A stretch of DNA of 64,000 bases from an uncultured Parcubacteria group bacterium. GTDB lineage: Bacteria > Patescibacteriota > Patescibacteriia > UBA9934 > CAMTUG01. The notes under the pieces are model-generated. The model saw only the letters and a program-made list of their open reading frames with translations. It made no database searches and was not told the origin of the DNA. Positions 9,307 through 18,498 of the stretch are shown piece by piece. Location of the stretch: assembly GCA_947084965.1 (NCBI GenBank), contig CAMTUG010000001.1, forward strand, positions 1,375 to 65,374, given 5' to 3'. Numbering within the stretch: position 1 is the stretch's first letter; each line of letters starts with the position of its first letter. The translations under genes were made by a program, and so were the position numbers.

Positions 9307-10277
9307 ACGTTTTTGACAGAGACCTTAGCGAGTTCGTTTTTAGAAGGCCATTTAGAAAGGATGCCGGCTTTGGCCCCGTAGTGTTGAATGACGGATTGCG
9401 AATTGAGAAGTCCTAGGCGGAGAGCGTCTTCGATGCCAAATCCTTTCATGAGGCCCGCCACGAGTCCAGAACCAAAGGCATCGCCTGCGCCCGTGCGAGA
9501 CCTGGCTTTGAGGCTCGACGGTTTTACAAACCAGGTTGTGCCGTCGAGAGAGGCATAGGCTCCTTGCGCCCCGTCGGTGATTACTACGGTCAATGTTGGT
9601 GGGAGGGCGGCGAGGACGTGCGGATTCTCGATCGGGTCTTTTCTAAAGAGGGCGGTCGCCTCCTCACGATTCATGTTGAGGAGGAAGAGATGCTCAAGGG
9701 CCGGGGAAAGACGTTTGATCCCGAGGTTTAGTTCCTTCATCCCTGGGTTCCAACAGATCTTTGTTTTCTTTCCTAACGTTTTGATGATCGTTTCGGCGAG
9801 CGGTACATTTCCCGCGAGCGAAGTCATGTAAATCCAATCGGACTTCATTTTGGAGAAGGGGAGATCAGCTTTCGAAAATCCGGCGCTCACCCCGCGGTAG
9901 ACCATGACCGTACGTTCACCGCCTTTTGGTTCGGTGAGTAAGGTTGAATAGGCCGTCTGTTCACCTTTGATCGCCCGCATCATCGAGGTGTCGACGCCAT
10001 GATCCTCAAGTTCGCCAAAGATTTCTGCGCCTGAGCAGTCCTGCCCCACGCGGGCAATCGCCGCCGTGCGAAACCCGAGGTTTCCAAAGGTTACGGCCGC
10101 GTTTGTCGCCCCACCACCGGTCGCCAGCACCATTTCATCAAGTTCAATTTTGGTGCCAAGCGCCACACATTCGCCGATCCCAGTCAAAAACTGATCAGAT
10201 GAGATAAGCTGGATCTGTTTTGATACCAAAAATGCGTCGCGTGTCGCCGCTCCGATCGTGATGATGTCGTAGGCCAT
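9303..10277 (-). CDS. PfkB-family carbohydrate kinase
   Basis: PfkB signatures GGGATNAA and RTGAGDAFGSG. Confidence 0.9.
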   Translation of the reverse strand: MAYDIITIGAATRDAFLVSKQIQLISSDQFLTGIGECVALGTKIELDEMVLATGGGATNAAVTFGNLGFRTAAIARVGQDCSGAEIFGELEDHGVDTSMMRAIKGEQTAYSTLLTEPKGGERTVMVYRGVSAGFSKADLPFSKMKSDWIYMTSLAGNVPLAETIIKTLGKKTKICWNPGMKELNLGIKRLSPALEHLFLLNMNREEATALFRKDPIENPHVLAALPPTLTVVITDGAQGAYASLDGTTWFVKPSSLKARSRTGAGDAFGSGLVAGLMKGFGIEDALRLGLLNSQSVIQHYGAKAGILSKWPSKNELAKVSVKNV

Positions 10278-10279
10278 AG

Positions 10280-11200
10280 TTATGCTTTACCTGAGCAACC
10301 GAATAACCGCATCTTATCACGAACGACTTTGGTCATCAGTTCGCGAGCGGGGGCTAAGTACTTTCGTGGATCGATATTTCCCGGATCAGCGGCAAGTGCT
10401 TGGCGCACTGCGGCAGTGAAGGCGATGCGCAGGTCGGTGTCGACGTTGATTTTGTTGATCCCGGCGTCGATCGCCCGCTTTAAATGCTCTTCCGACACGC
10501 CGTGGGCCTTTTCGATCTCGCATCCAGCGTCGAGACAGCGGCGCTTTAGCCACAGGGGGACGCTCGAGGCGCCGTGCAGAACGAGCGGCACATTGACCGC
10601 GGCTTTGATCTGCTTTAAGCGATCGATATCGAGGCGTGAAGATCCTTTAAATTTGAACGCCCCGTGCGACGTGCCGATGGCGATCGCGAGCGAATCACAG
10701 CCGGTCTTTTTTACAAACGTCGCCGCCTGCTCAGGGCTCGTTAGGTGGGCGTCGCGTTCGCTGACACTCACAAAATCTTCGATTCCGGCAATCGCCCCGA
10801 GTTCAGCCTCGACCTGGATCCGTTTTTTGTGGGCCATCTTCACAATCGCTCGGGTCTTCAACACGTTGGCGTCGAAAGGAAGCGAAGAACCATCAAACAT
10901 CACGCTCGTGTGTAATCCGAGTTTGATCATCTCGCGTACGAGCTTTTCGTTTTTGCCGTGATCGAGGTGAAAGCAGACCGGCACCTTTGCTTCGGCCGCG
11001 ATCTTTGTCAGCGCATACAAATATTTAACCCCGCCGTACTCTAGCGCCCCTTCGCTCGTCTGCATAATGACCGGGCTATGTTCGGCCACGGCCGCGTCGA
11101 TGATCGCCTGGACCATCTCCAAGTTGTTGACGTTAAACGCTCCGATGGCGTACCCACCTTTGTGCGCTTTTTGCAGCATCGCCTTTGAAGAGACCAACAT
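10280..11200 (-). CDS. fba: Class II fructose-bisphosphate aldolase
   Basis: Motifs AIGAFNVNN, HLDHG, VEAELG, GTSHGAFK, LVLHGAS and KINVDTD. Start chosen at MLVSSK (11200). Confidence 0.93.
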   Translation of the reverse strand: MLVSSKAMLQKAHKGGYAIGAFNVNNLEMVQAIIDAAVAEHSPVIMQTSEGALEYGGVKYLYALTKIAAEAKVPVCFHLDHGKNEKLVREMIKLGLHTSVMFDGSSLPFDANVLKTRAIVKMAHKKRIQVEAELGAIAGIEDFVSVSERDAHLTSPEQAATFVKKTGCDSLAIAIGTSHGAFKFKGSSRLDIDRLKQIKAAVNVPLVLHGASSVPLWLKRRCLDAGCEIEKAHGVSEEHLKRAIDAGINKINVDTDLRIAFTAAVRQALAADPGNIDPRKYLAPARELMTKVVRDKMRLFGCSGKA

Positions 11201-11201
11201 A

Positions 11202-12173
11202 CTAAACCTTTTTTGTTTTGAACTTTGGGGCCTTGCGTAGGCGGGCGCGAATTTTTCCTGCCGAAAGGAGCCCTTTGGTTGGACCAACGTAGGCCACGAC
11301 CGAAGCGGCGTTGACCGCTCCCCAGCGCAATGCTTCATTGTGCGTCTGTCCATTCATCAAGGCGCCCATGAATCCGGTCGCAAAGGCGTCACCGGCGCCG
11401 GTCGCTTCGACCATCTTGCTTGGGAAGATGTGGCAGAAGTAGAGATCTTCGCCGTTGAAGACGTGGGCGCCCTCTTTCCCGTTGGTGATCACCACAAGTT
11501 TCGGTCCCATTTTATAGAGCGACGTTGCCAGGCGATGAATCTCCGTTGTGTGTTCTTTGGTAATCGTTTGTGCTTCTTCTAGGTTTACAAACAGCACATG
11601 CGTATGCTGGATTAACTCATAGAGTTGACGTTTGCCTTCTTGGATCTGGACCGCGCCTGGATTGAATCCGAGGATCACGCCGGTTTTTTTGATGTAGTTA
11701 GCAACATCATGGAAGAGGCGTTCATATCCTTTGCCCAGTTCGGACATGTACAACCATTTTGGTTTGGTGAATTTTGGGAGATGGTAGACATCCTCGAGAT
11801 GGGAAGCGAGGATCGTCTTTTCGCCTTTGAAATTCAGAACGACGGAATAACTGCTTTTGGCCGTTGGTGACGTTCGAATGAAGCGCGTATCTACCTTTTC
11901 TCGCTTAAGAACTTCATAGGCGTGCTTGCGTGTCCCATCGATCCCCATGATCGAGACGACCCCTGTTTTAAACCCCATGCGCGAGAGTCCGGTCGCCACG
12001 TTCGGGGCTGATCCGGCGATCTGTGAATCGACCACTTCGACCGGGATTTTTTTTCCGTATTCCAGGCAAAGCAGGCATTCCGGCATTTTGAGTTGGCACT
12101 GGACGCTTGCTTCCGATAGCACCACAAAGGTGTCTAGTTTGATATCTCCGATCGTGATCATGTCATAAGCCAT
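11202..12173 (-). CDS. PfkB-family carbohydrate kinase
   Basis: PfkB signatures AGSAPNVA and ATGAGDAFATG. Confidence 0.9.
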   Translation of the reverse strand: MAYDMITIGDIKLDTFVVLSEASVQCQLKMPECLLCLEYGKKIPVEVVDSQIAGSAPNVATGLSRMGFKTGVVSIMGIDGTRKHAYEVLKREKVDTRFIRTSPTAKSSYSVVLNFKGEKTILASHLEDVYHLPKFTKPKWLYMSELGKGYERLFHDVANYIKKTGVILGFNPGAVQIQEGKRQLYELIQHTHVLFVNLEEAQTITKEHTTEIHRLATSLYKMGPKLVVITNGKEGAHVFNGEDLYFCHIFPSKMVEATGAGDAFATGFMGALMNGQTHNEALRWGAVNAASVVAYVGPTKGLLSAGKIRARLRKAPKFKTKKV

Positions 12174-12212
12174 AGTAGGACTATTGTATCAGAAATAGCC
12201 TCTGAGGGAACC

Positions 12213-12242
12213 AAAAATCCTCCAGCAACCTGGAGGATTTTT
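12213..12242 (-). terminator. Intrinsic terminator after transketolase C-subunit gene
   Basis: Hairpin AAAAATCCTCCAG-caac-CTGGAGGATTTTT. Confidence 0.7.
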
Positions 12243-12249
12243 GTCGGCT

Positions 12250-13407
12250 TTACTTCCTTCGCGATTTGAGCGAGGTGTCGGCTTTGGTGCCGTCCCATTT
12301 TTTTGGAGCGCGAGCGAGCGCTTCTTTCATCACGTTCTGTTGCATCTCCGCCAGACGTTTTTTTGCTAGAGTGACGTATTCAGGTTCGGCGATCACTCGG
12401 CCCCCGCGTTTGCGTTTCCAGGCCCGTTCGGCGGCGAGGGCGATGTAGGGGGCGGTGAGGCCGAATGCTTCCATCAATTGATTCGGTTCGCCGGATTCAC
12501 CGAATCGGTCGGCCATGCCAACACGTTCGAGGGGGACTGGGTTGGTTGCACCGAGCGCTTCGGCCACGGCGCCGCCTAATCCTCCGGCCGCTTGCGCTTC
12601 CTCGACCGTCACTACGGCCCCTGTTTCTTTGGCTGCCTGCGCGATCGTCTTTACGTCGAGCGGTTTCACGGTATGGCAGTTGATGACCCGCGCTTCGATT
12701 CCGGACTTGCTGAGCGTCTCAGCGGCGAGGAGCGCTTCGTACACCACCGGCCCCGCGGCGATGATCGTTACGTCCGTGCCGAATCGGTACACTTCCGCAC
12801 GGCCGAATTTGAACGGAGTTTTTTTAGTGGTGAAGACCGGGGATTTTTCCCGGGCGAAGCGAATGTAGGCTGGGCCGTTTAATGCCGCGATCGCCATCGT
12901 TGCTTTTTCGGCTTCGATGGCATCGCAAGGAACAGAAACACGCATGTTCGGGATCACTCGCATGATGGCGATATCTTCGACCATCTGATGCGTTGCACCG
13001 TCTGGACCGACAGACACCCCGGCGTGTGCTCCGGCGATTTTTACGTTCGTGTCGGATAGCGCGATCGTGGTGCGAATCTGCTCCCAGTTGCGACCGGGGG
13101 AGAATCCGGCATAGCTTGAGATGAACGGCACCTTGCCCGCCATCGCCATCCCAGCCGCCAGTGCGGCCATCGATTGCTCGCTCACGCCCAGCTGAACGAA
13201 CCGTTCAGGAAACGCCTCTTTAAACCACAGACTGCGTGTCGATTCCGTTAGATCTGCACACAAGACGACGACGTTTGGATCGATCTTTCCGGCCTCAACC
13301 AAGCCGTGACCGTAGCCATCGCGGGTCGGAAGCTGCTCGAGTTTTTTAGGCTCGAGGACCTCGCGGACGAGGTACATAGATTTGTTGAGGCCGGGTTTGG
13401 TCGTCAT
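12250..13407 (-). CDS. Transketolase, C-terminal subunit
   Basis: Motifs GVSEQ, GPDGATHQ and TVKPLD. It has a basic C-terminal extension. Confidence 0.93.
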   Translation of the reverse strand: MTTKPGLNKSMYLVREVLEPKKLEQLPTRDGYGHGLVEAGKIDPNVVVLCADLTESTRSLWFKEAFPERFVQLGVSEQSMAALAAGMAMAGKVPFISSYAGFSPGRNWEQIRTTIALSDTNVKIAGAHAGVSVGPDGATHQMVEDIAIMRVIPNMRVSVPCDAIEAEKATMAIAALNGPAYIRFAREKSPVFTTKKTPFKFGRAEVYRFGTDVTIIAAGPVVYEALLAAETLSKSGIEARVINCHTVKPLDVKTIAQAAKETGAVVTVEEAQAAGGLGGAVAEALGATNPVPLERVGMADRFGESGEPNQLMEAFGLTAPYIALAAERAWKRKRGGRVIAEPEYVTLAKKRLAEMQQNVMKEALARAPKKWDGTKADTSLKSRRK

Positions 13408-13416
13408 ACAGGTCCG

Positions 13417-14346
13417 TTATTTTCTGCGTTGAATCAACTTGGCGATCCCCCAGATGATCAGTCCGAGCGGGATCAAGATGCCGCCGCCGATGATCAGGAG
13501 GTAGATCAATCCTTCAATTCCGCGTTGAGCTAGAGCAATCAACGCTTGGGACGCTTCACGGATGGTGTCGAGCGGACGGAAGTCTTTGCTCGGGACGCGA
13601 AGGGTCGGCTCTTCCGAGAGGGAAACGCTGATCGTCGAGTAAGTCGTCACGTTTTCCAAGTATTTGATACGACCTTGGAGCGATTCAATCGTCGACCGCA
13701 CTCCGAACAGTTCGCGTTGGACCGCAAGGACATCTTCCACATCCTCGGCGCGGGTCAACAAGGCGAGAAGTTCTGCTTCTTGCGCTTCAGCATTGCGCAG
13801 CTGTGCCTGCATGTCGGTGTACTGTTCTGTGACGTCCTGTCCGCTTGAAGATTCTGTCTGTACGACCGTGGCAAATTCTTTAATGGCTGTCATTGATGCT
13901 TCAAATTCTGCCGACGGTACGCGAGCCGTTACAGAGCCGAAGTGCGTTCCGTCTCCGCGCTCCTGGACCTCGCTCGACTGGATGAATCCGCCTTTGCCGG
14001 TGGCGAGCGCGGTCACTTGCGAGACGGTCTCCGCGACATCAGAAACTTCCATATCAATGTACCCAGTCTTGATGATCTTCTGATCGACTTCGGCCGCCGT
14101 TTCCCCGGCGGTCGGAGATTCTGGAGGATACATCATGGCGCGTTCCTCCACCGCAAGACTGTCGCTGTAGTCCATCACCAGCTCAAAGTCGGCAGACTTT
14201 GATGGAAATCCCATCATGCCTGCTTCACCGGAACTTGAGGCTGTGATACCGGTCGTCTGTCGCGACATGATCACAAACGGGGAGAGGATGATCCCGAGTA
14301 AGATAACCGCGACCCCGGCCACGATCCACATGGTGCGCTTGGACAT
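13417..14346 (-). CDS. DUF4349-like membrane-anchored coiled-coil protein
   Basis: Motifs KIIKTG, RVPS, QDVTEQYTD and STISVSLSE, with N- and C-terminal TM segments. Confidence 0.8.
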   Translation of the reverse strand: MSKRTMWIVAGVAVILLGIILSPFVIMSRQTTGITASSSGEAGMMGFPSKSADFELVMDYSDSLAVEERAMMYPPESPTAGETAAEVDQKIIKTGYIDMEVSDVAETVSQVTALATGKGGFIQSSEVQERGDGTHFGSVTARVPSAEFEASMTAIKEFATVVQTESSSGQDVTEQYTDMQAQLRNAEAQEAELLALLTRAEDVEDVLAVQRELFGVRSTIESLQGRIKYLENVTTYSTISVSLSEEPTLRVPSKDFRPLDTIREASQALIALAQRGIEGLIYLLIIGGGILIPLGLIIWGIAKLIQRRK

Positions 14347-14347
14347 A

Positions 14348-15229
14348 TTATTGGTGTTCAGAAATGATTTTTCCGTTTAACGTTCGCAATTGGGTGATGG
14401 CATTCACCGATTCCGCCCCAGCCTTCGGGGGGATGCCGTGCCACTTGAAATCGTACTGCATAAACTCGACGCCGAACCCCGGGATCGTGTCGGCGATAAT
14501 CACCGTCGGTTTAGCGGCCACCGCATGAGCGCGTTCGACCGCGGTCACAAAGTCGTGGATGTCGTGTCCAGCACAGCGCTCCACATTCAGCCCAAACGCC
14601 TTGAACTTATCGGTCAGCGGCTCGAGCGGCATGATCTCTTCGGTCGCGCCGTCGATCTGAATGTTGTTGCGATCAATAATGAAGGTGCAGTTGTACAGTT
14701 TGTTGCGGCTCGCAAAGAGCATCGTTTCCCAGGTGATTCCGGCTTCTAATTCGCCATCGCTCATCACGCAGTAGACGCGAGCAGGAGAGCCGCTCATCAT
14801 CAGCGCATAGGCGAGTCCGGCTGCTTGTGGGGAGCCGTCGCCGAGCGGTCCAGCCGTGTTTTCGACGGCGGGTAGCCAGGTGCGCTCCGGGTGGCCTTGC
14901 AACGTTGAGCCGAGTTTACGGAGCGTCATCAACATCTTTTTAGGGATGTATCCAGCGTGGGCCATGGCCACGTAGCGAATCGGACAGATGTGGCCGTTGC
15001 TTAGAATCAATCGATCACGATCGACCCAGTCCGGTTTTTTCGGATCATGCACCATGACGTGAAAGTAGAGGGCGGTGAAAATATCGGCCATGCCGAGCGG
15101 TCCGGCGCTGTGGCCAGAACCGGCTTCGACCAGCAGGTCGATCACATCTTCGCGCATCTGCATCGCTCGCAATTCCAATTGTTGGAGCTTTTTATCATGC
15201 AGGTGCAGTTGGGGTGCTCTTGGTTTCAT
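14348..15229 (-). CDS. Transketolase, N-terminal subunit
   Basis: Motifs AGSGH, DRDRLILSNGH, LQGHP and the TPP-binding SDGEL...NN. Confidence 0.93.
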   Translation of the reverse strand: MKPRAPQLHLHDKKLQQLELRAMQMREDVIDLLVEAGSGHSAGPLGMADIFTALYFHVMVHDPKKPDWVDRDRLILSNGHICPIRYVAMAHAGYIPKKMLMTLRKLGSTLQGHPERTWLPAVENTAGPLGDGSPQAAGLAYALMMSGSPARVYCVMSDGELEAGITWETMLFASRNKLYNCTFIIDRNNIQIDGATEEIMPLEPLTDKFKAFGLNVERCAGHDIHDFVTAVERAHAVAAKPTVIIADTIPGFGVEFMQYDFKWHGIPPKAGAESVNAITQLRTLNGKIISEHQ

Positions 15230-15230
15230 A

Positions 15231-15323
15231 AATTCGAAATCCAAAATCCGAAATTCGAATGAAACCTTTCACTATTTCCTATTTTCCGATTGTTTCGTAT
15301 TTCGATATTCGCATTTTGTATTT
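15231..15323. repeat. Inverted pair of degenerate heptamer arrays
   Basis: AATTCGA/AATCCAA/AATCCGA units on the left and TTTCGTA/TTTCGAT/ATTCGCA units on the right. Confidence 0.7.
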
Positions 15324-15331
15324 TCCGCATA

Positions 15332-15709
15332 CTAGTGCTTATCGACGTTCAGTTGGACCAACGTGAAAATGCCGATCATGATCCCGAGCATCAAGTTGTT
15401 CCAAGAAAATTGTTCGAGGGTGAATCCGAGGGCGAAGGGCGCGATCACCAGCCAGGTTCCTGCTCCAACGGCGATCCAGTGCATCGCTCGAGCGGCATCG
15501 GCTTTGTGCACGACCGCGTCGGTAGAGATGGCGATGAGTGTAAAGACGACGAGTCCTAGACCGAAGATCAAATTGCTTGCCTCCAGAAAACGAATAACGG
15601 ATTCGATAGATTCCGCGTTAAAAAAGTTCCAGAGAATACGTTCGGCAACGAACGGGGACAGACCGATCCAAAACGCGATGGCGAAAATAATCCAATGAAT
15701 TGATTTCAT
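15332..15709 (-). CDS. SPW-repeat-like small membrane protein
   Basis: Two repeats (WIGLSPF; GTWLVIAPF...WNN) and about four TM segments. Confidence 0.7.
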   Translation of the reverse strand: MKSIHWIIFAIAFWIGLSPFVAERILWNFFNAESIESVIRFLEASNLIFGLGLVVFTLIAISTDAVVHKADAARAMHWIAVGAGTWLVIAPFALGFTLEQFSWNNLMLGIMIGIFTLVQLNVDKH

Positions 15710-15733
15710 ATACAGTTATTTTAGCACAAAACC

Positions 15734-15762
15734 AAAAGCGGAGCATTGGGAGCTCCGCTTTT
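15734..15762 (-). terminator. Intrinsic terminator
   Basis: Hairpin AAAAGCGGAGC...GCTCCGCTTTT downstream of the cupredoxin gene. Confidence 0.75.
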
Positions 15763-15774
15763 GCGTTCAGGAGA

Positions 15775-16590
15775 TTATTCCACGATCAGGGTGCCGGTCA
15801 TGTCTGGGTGGTAGGAACAGAAGAAGGTGTACGTTCCTGGTTCTGTGAAGCGGCGAATCCAGAAGTCGCCGTTCGGGTCGAGCGTTCCTGATCCCCAGTC
15901 GAGATCGTCGGAAGTGGCGGTGTGCTTTTCATCGCCGTTGTTGGTCCAGCGAACGGTCTGGCCCGCTTCGATCGTGAAGCTGCTGTCGCTGTAGCCGTCG
16001 TCGGTGATTTCAATGTCGAGCGGAGCGACCAGTCCCTTGTCTTCGTTGATGTCGTACGTTTCATCGATCGCATCGATGGTGGCCTGGTAGGCGTCGGCTT
16101 CATCGGTGTCGCCAATGTCGTTGTCGCGGGTGTAGTTGCCGAAGAATCCATCTGGAACGTCGTCAATCATGGTGTTCCAGCTTGATCCGAACAGTTCGAT
16201 CGCTACCGCTTCGGTTTCTACCCAGCGTAAGCCACCGTCCGCACTGATGGTGTAGGTTTTTGGATCCGTGTTGATTTTGATCATGCGGACCCCTGGTTTG
16301 TAGGTGACGTTGCCGCCAATCTGGATGCGACCGAGATCGGTGTCGGTGACCCACTTGATGTTGGAGAAGTCGCTGTACCAGGTGAAGTAGGTTTTGTCGT
16401 TCGGAAAGACGTAGCGGAATCCGTCCGCGCCGTAGTAATACACGGCAGAGAAGGTTGGGCCACGGAACAGGTCGCCGGCTTCAAGATCGGCAAGGGCGGT
16501 GTAGGTCGTCGCCGCCTGGGCTGGAGCCACAGGAAACCCTCCGATCACGATCGCCATCACGAAGAATGCTGTGAGAGCTTTTTGGAACAT
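15775..16590 (-). CDS. Secreted protein with surface-repeat domain and C-terminal cupredoxin (plastocyanin/amicyanin-like) domain
   Basis: Signal peptide, then VRWTN...HTAT...GTYTFFCSYHPDMTGTLIVE, which contains the type-1 copper ligands H, C, H and M. Confidence 0.85.
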   Translation of the reverse strand: MFQKALTAFFVMAIVIGGFPVAPAQAATTYTALADLEAGDLFRGPTFSAVYYYGADGFRYVFPNDKTYFTWYSDFSNIKWVTDTDLGRIQIGGNVTYKPGVRMIKINTDPKTYTISADGGLRWVETEAVAIELFGSSWNTMIDDVPDGFFGNYTRDNDIGDTDEADAYQATIDAIDETYDINEDKGLVAPLDIEITDDGYSDSSFTIEAGQTVRWTNNGDEKHTATSDDLDWGSGTLDPNGDFWIRRFTEPGTYTFFCSYHPDMTGTLIVE

Positions 16591-16618
16591 AGGAATGAGA
16601 ACTAATTAGGTGAATCTA

Positions 16619-17266
16619 TTATAGCAGAGTCGTTTGGAATTGTCTTATCGCGGCGCAAGGGTCCGGGGCGGCCCAGATCGCAGAGGCGGTGACAAGACGG
16701 TCACATCCAGCATTAATGATACCCGGCGCGTTCTCTAAAGTAACGCCGCCATCAACGCCGATCGGAAGTTCTGGGTATTGATGATGGATTTCGCGGATCT
16801 TTTGCAAGATGTACTCACCTTCAAATGGTCGACCGGATTGTCCTGGATGGACCCCCATCACGAGGATCGATTGGATCTGGTCCATGTGTTTGTGAATTTC
16901 GTGGAACGGCGTTTCCGGGTTCAGGGCGACCCCTGTTTCAAGTTTGTACCACTGACGGATCCGTTCAATGATTGATTCGAGCTGTCGGTCGAGTTCGGCG
17001 TGGATAATCGCTCGCGTGAGCGTTGGGACGTGTTGCTTCCAGGCATCGATGATCGGCAGCGGGTTTTCGACCATCAGATGTATTTCATAGTTGACCTTGG
17101 TCACGATATCGCCAATGACTTGCGGATCGTGCCAGCTGACGTGGGGGAAGAGCGTACCGTCTAAAATGTCGACGTGGATCGTTTTGACCTGCTCATCGAC
17201 TAAACGCAGGCGGCGTTCGAATTCTTCTTTTGATTCAACGAGGATCGAAGGGATGATTTCTACCAT
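16619..17266 (-). CDS. rpe: Ribulose-phosphate 3-epimerase
   Basis: Motifs HVDILDG, HLMV, LNPETP, MGVHPG and VDGGV. Confidence 0.92.
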   Translation of the reverse strand: MVEIIPSILVESKEEFERRLRLVDEQVKTIHVDILDGTLFPHVSWHDPQVIGDIVTKVNYEIHLMVENPLPIIDAWKQHVPTLTRAIIHAELDRQLESIIERIRQWYKLETGVALNPETPFHEIHKHMDQIQSILVMGVHPGQSGRPFEGEYILQKIREIHHQYPELPIGVDGGVTLENAPGIINAGCDRLVTASAIWAAPDPCAAIRQFQTTLL

Positions 17267-17267
17267 A

Positions 17268-17726
17268 TCAAGATTCTTTTTCAATTTCTTCCACCTGTTT
17301 TAAACGTCGAACGTGGCGTTCTTCGCCGGAGAACGGGGTGGTAAGGAACGTGCGGACGATCTCGATCCCTTGGGCGAACTCTTCGTTGCGGCCGGGGATC
17401 GAAATGATGTTGGCATTGTCGTCGTTCCTTGATGTGCGCGCCGCTTCGAGTGAATAACCGATCGCTGCTCGAGCGCCGTCCGTTTTGTTGGCAACGATCG
17501 TTATTCCTTCAGCGTTACCACAGGAGAGAACACCAAATGAGCCGGGGTTTTTGACGACCGCTTCGGCTACGGCGTGGCCGTACTGCGGGTAATCGTCTGT
17601 TTCAACGAGTGCGAGGGCACCGAGATCTTCGATCGTGTACCCATCTTCCATCAGCGCAGCTTTGACCGCCTCTTTCATGTGGTACCCTGCGTGGTCTGCA
17701 CCGAGGTAAATCTTCGGTTTGTCCAT
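17268..17726 (-). CDS. rpiB: Ribose-5-phosphate isomerase B
   Basis: Motifs GADHAG, DDYP, ANK, NANII and RHVRRL. Confidence 0.92.
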   Translation of the reverse strand: MDKPKIYLGADHAGYHMKEAVKAALMEDGYTIEDLGALALVETDDYPQYGHAVAEAVVKNPGSFGVLSCGNAEGITIVANKTDGARAAIGYSLEAARTSRNDDNANIISIPGRNEEFAQGIEIVRTFLTTPFSGEERHVRRLKQVEEIEKES

Positions 17727-17727
17727 A

Positions 17728-18426
17728 TTAGCCGCTGCCGTTTTTCCTCGGCTTGCTTAAGCGGTCCGGGGCGATGCAATATTTTCCGTAGTCTGTTGTG
17801 GCCAGTGTTTCCACGACCTTCTTGACTAACTCTTTCGGGTCGGTGTCAAAGATGATGTGCGCTTTGACCGACTTTTTGGCGGTGTGCAGGAGGTGCGAAA
17901 TTTCATCGGCGATCCCGCCGGAGTCGAGCAAGACCCCGATCAACTTTTTGTCTTCAAAGGCGATCGTAAATTCGTTCAACGTCCCCATGCGTCCACCGAT
18001 CGTGATCACGGCATCGGCCGCGCGCGTCAGGAGTAAGTTGCGTCCGGCGTAGTCAAAGCCGGTGTAGACGATCACGTCGTGATAGTTACACGGGAGTTTG
18101 TAGGATTTGACGTGGGCGAGGGACGTGGCGGCTGGGGAGAAGCCGATACAGAGTCCGCCGTGTTCGTAGTTGCCGCGGGCGGATTCATAAGGAAGCCCAG
18201 TTGTCGCGCCTGTCAGAAGGACAGCCCCGTGCAAGGCGATCTGTCGGCCGACTTCGTACGCTTTGTCGGCTGAGGCTTTGAGTGTTTCGCCCGCCGCGGC
18301 TCCAGATACGCAGATTTTGAACGCCCCTTCTAATCCGTAAGAGACGTTTTGCTTCGCTAGTTTGATGATCTTTCGCTGTCCTTTTTCTAGCTTCTTCTCT
18401 GTGGGGGTCGTCTTCGATTTTGCCAT
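17728..18426 (-). CDS. LOG/SLOG-family nucleotide-binding protein
   Basis: Motifs TGATTGLP, RNLLL and GGRMGTLNEF. Start chosen at MAKSK (18426), because the longer ORF overlaps ileS. Confidence 0.8.
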   Translation of the reverse strand: MAKSKTTPTEKKLEKGQRKIIKLAKQNVSYGLEGAFKICVSGAAAGETLKASADKAYEVGRQIALHGAVLLTGATTGLPYESARGNYEHGGLCIGFSPAATSLAHVKSYKLPCNYHDVIVYTGFDYAGRNLLLTRAADAVITIGGRMGTLNEFTIAFEDKKLIGVLLDSGGIADEISHLLHTAKKSVKAHIIFDTDPKELVKKVVETLATTDYGKYCIAPDRLSKPRKNGSG

Positions 18427-18498
18427 AAAGTTCTTTACTGAGTTTCCTGGATTATAGCACTTGAGTTCATTGGCCCCAAATGTTAGGATTCTCGCATT

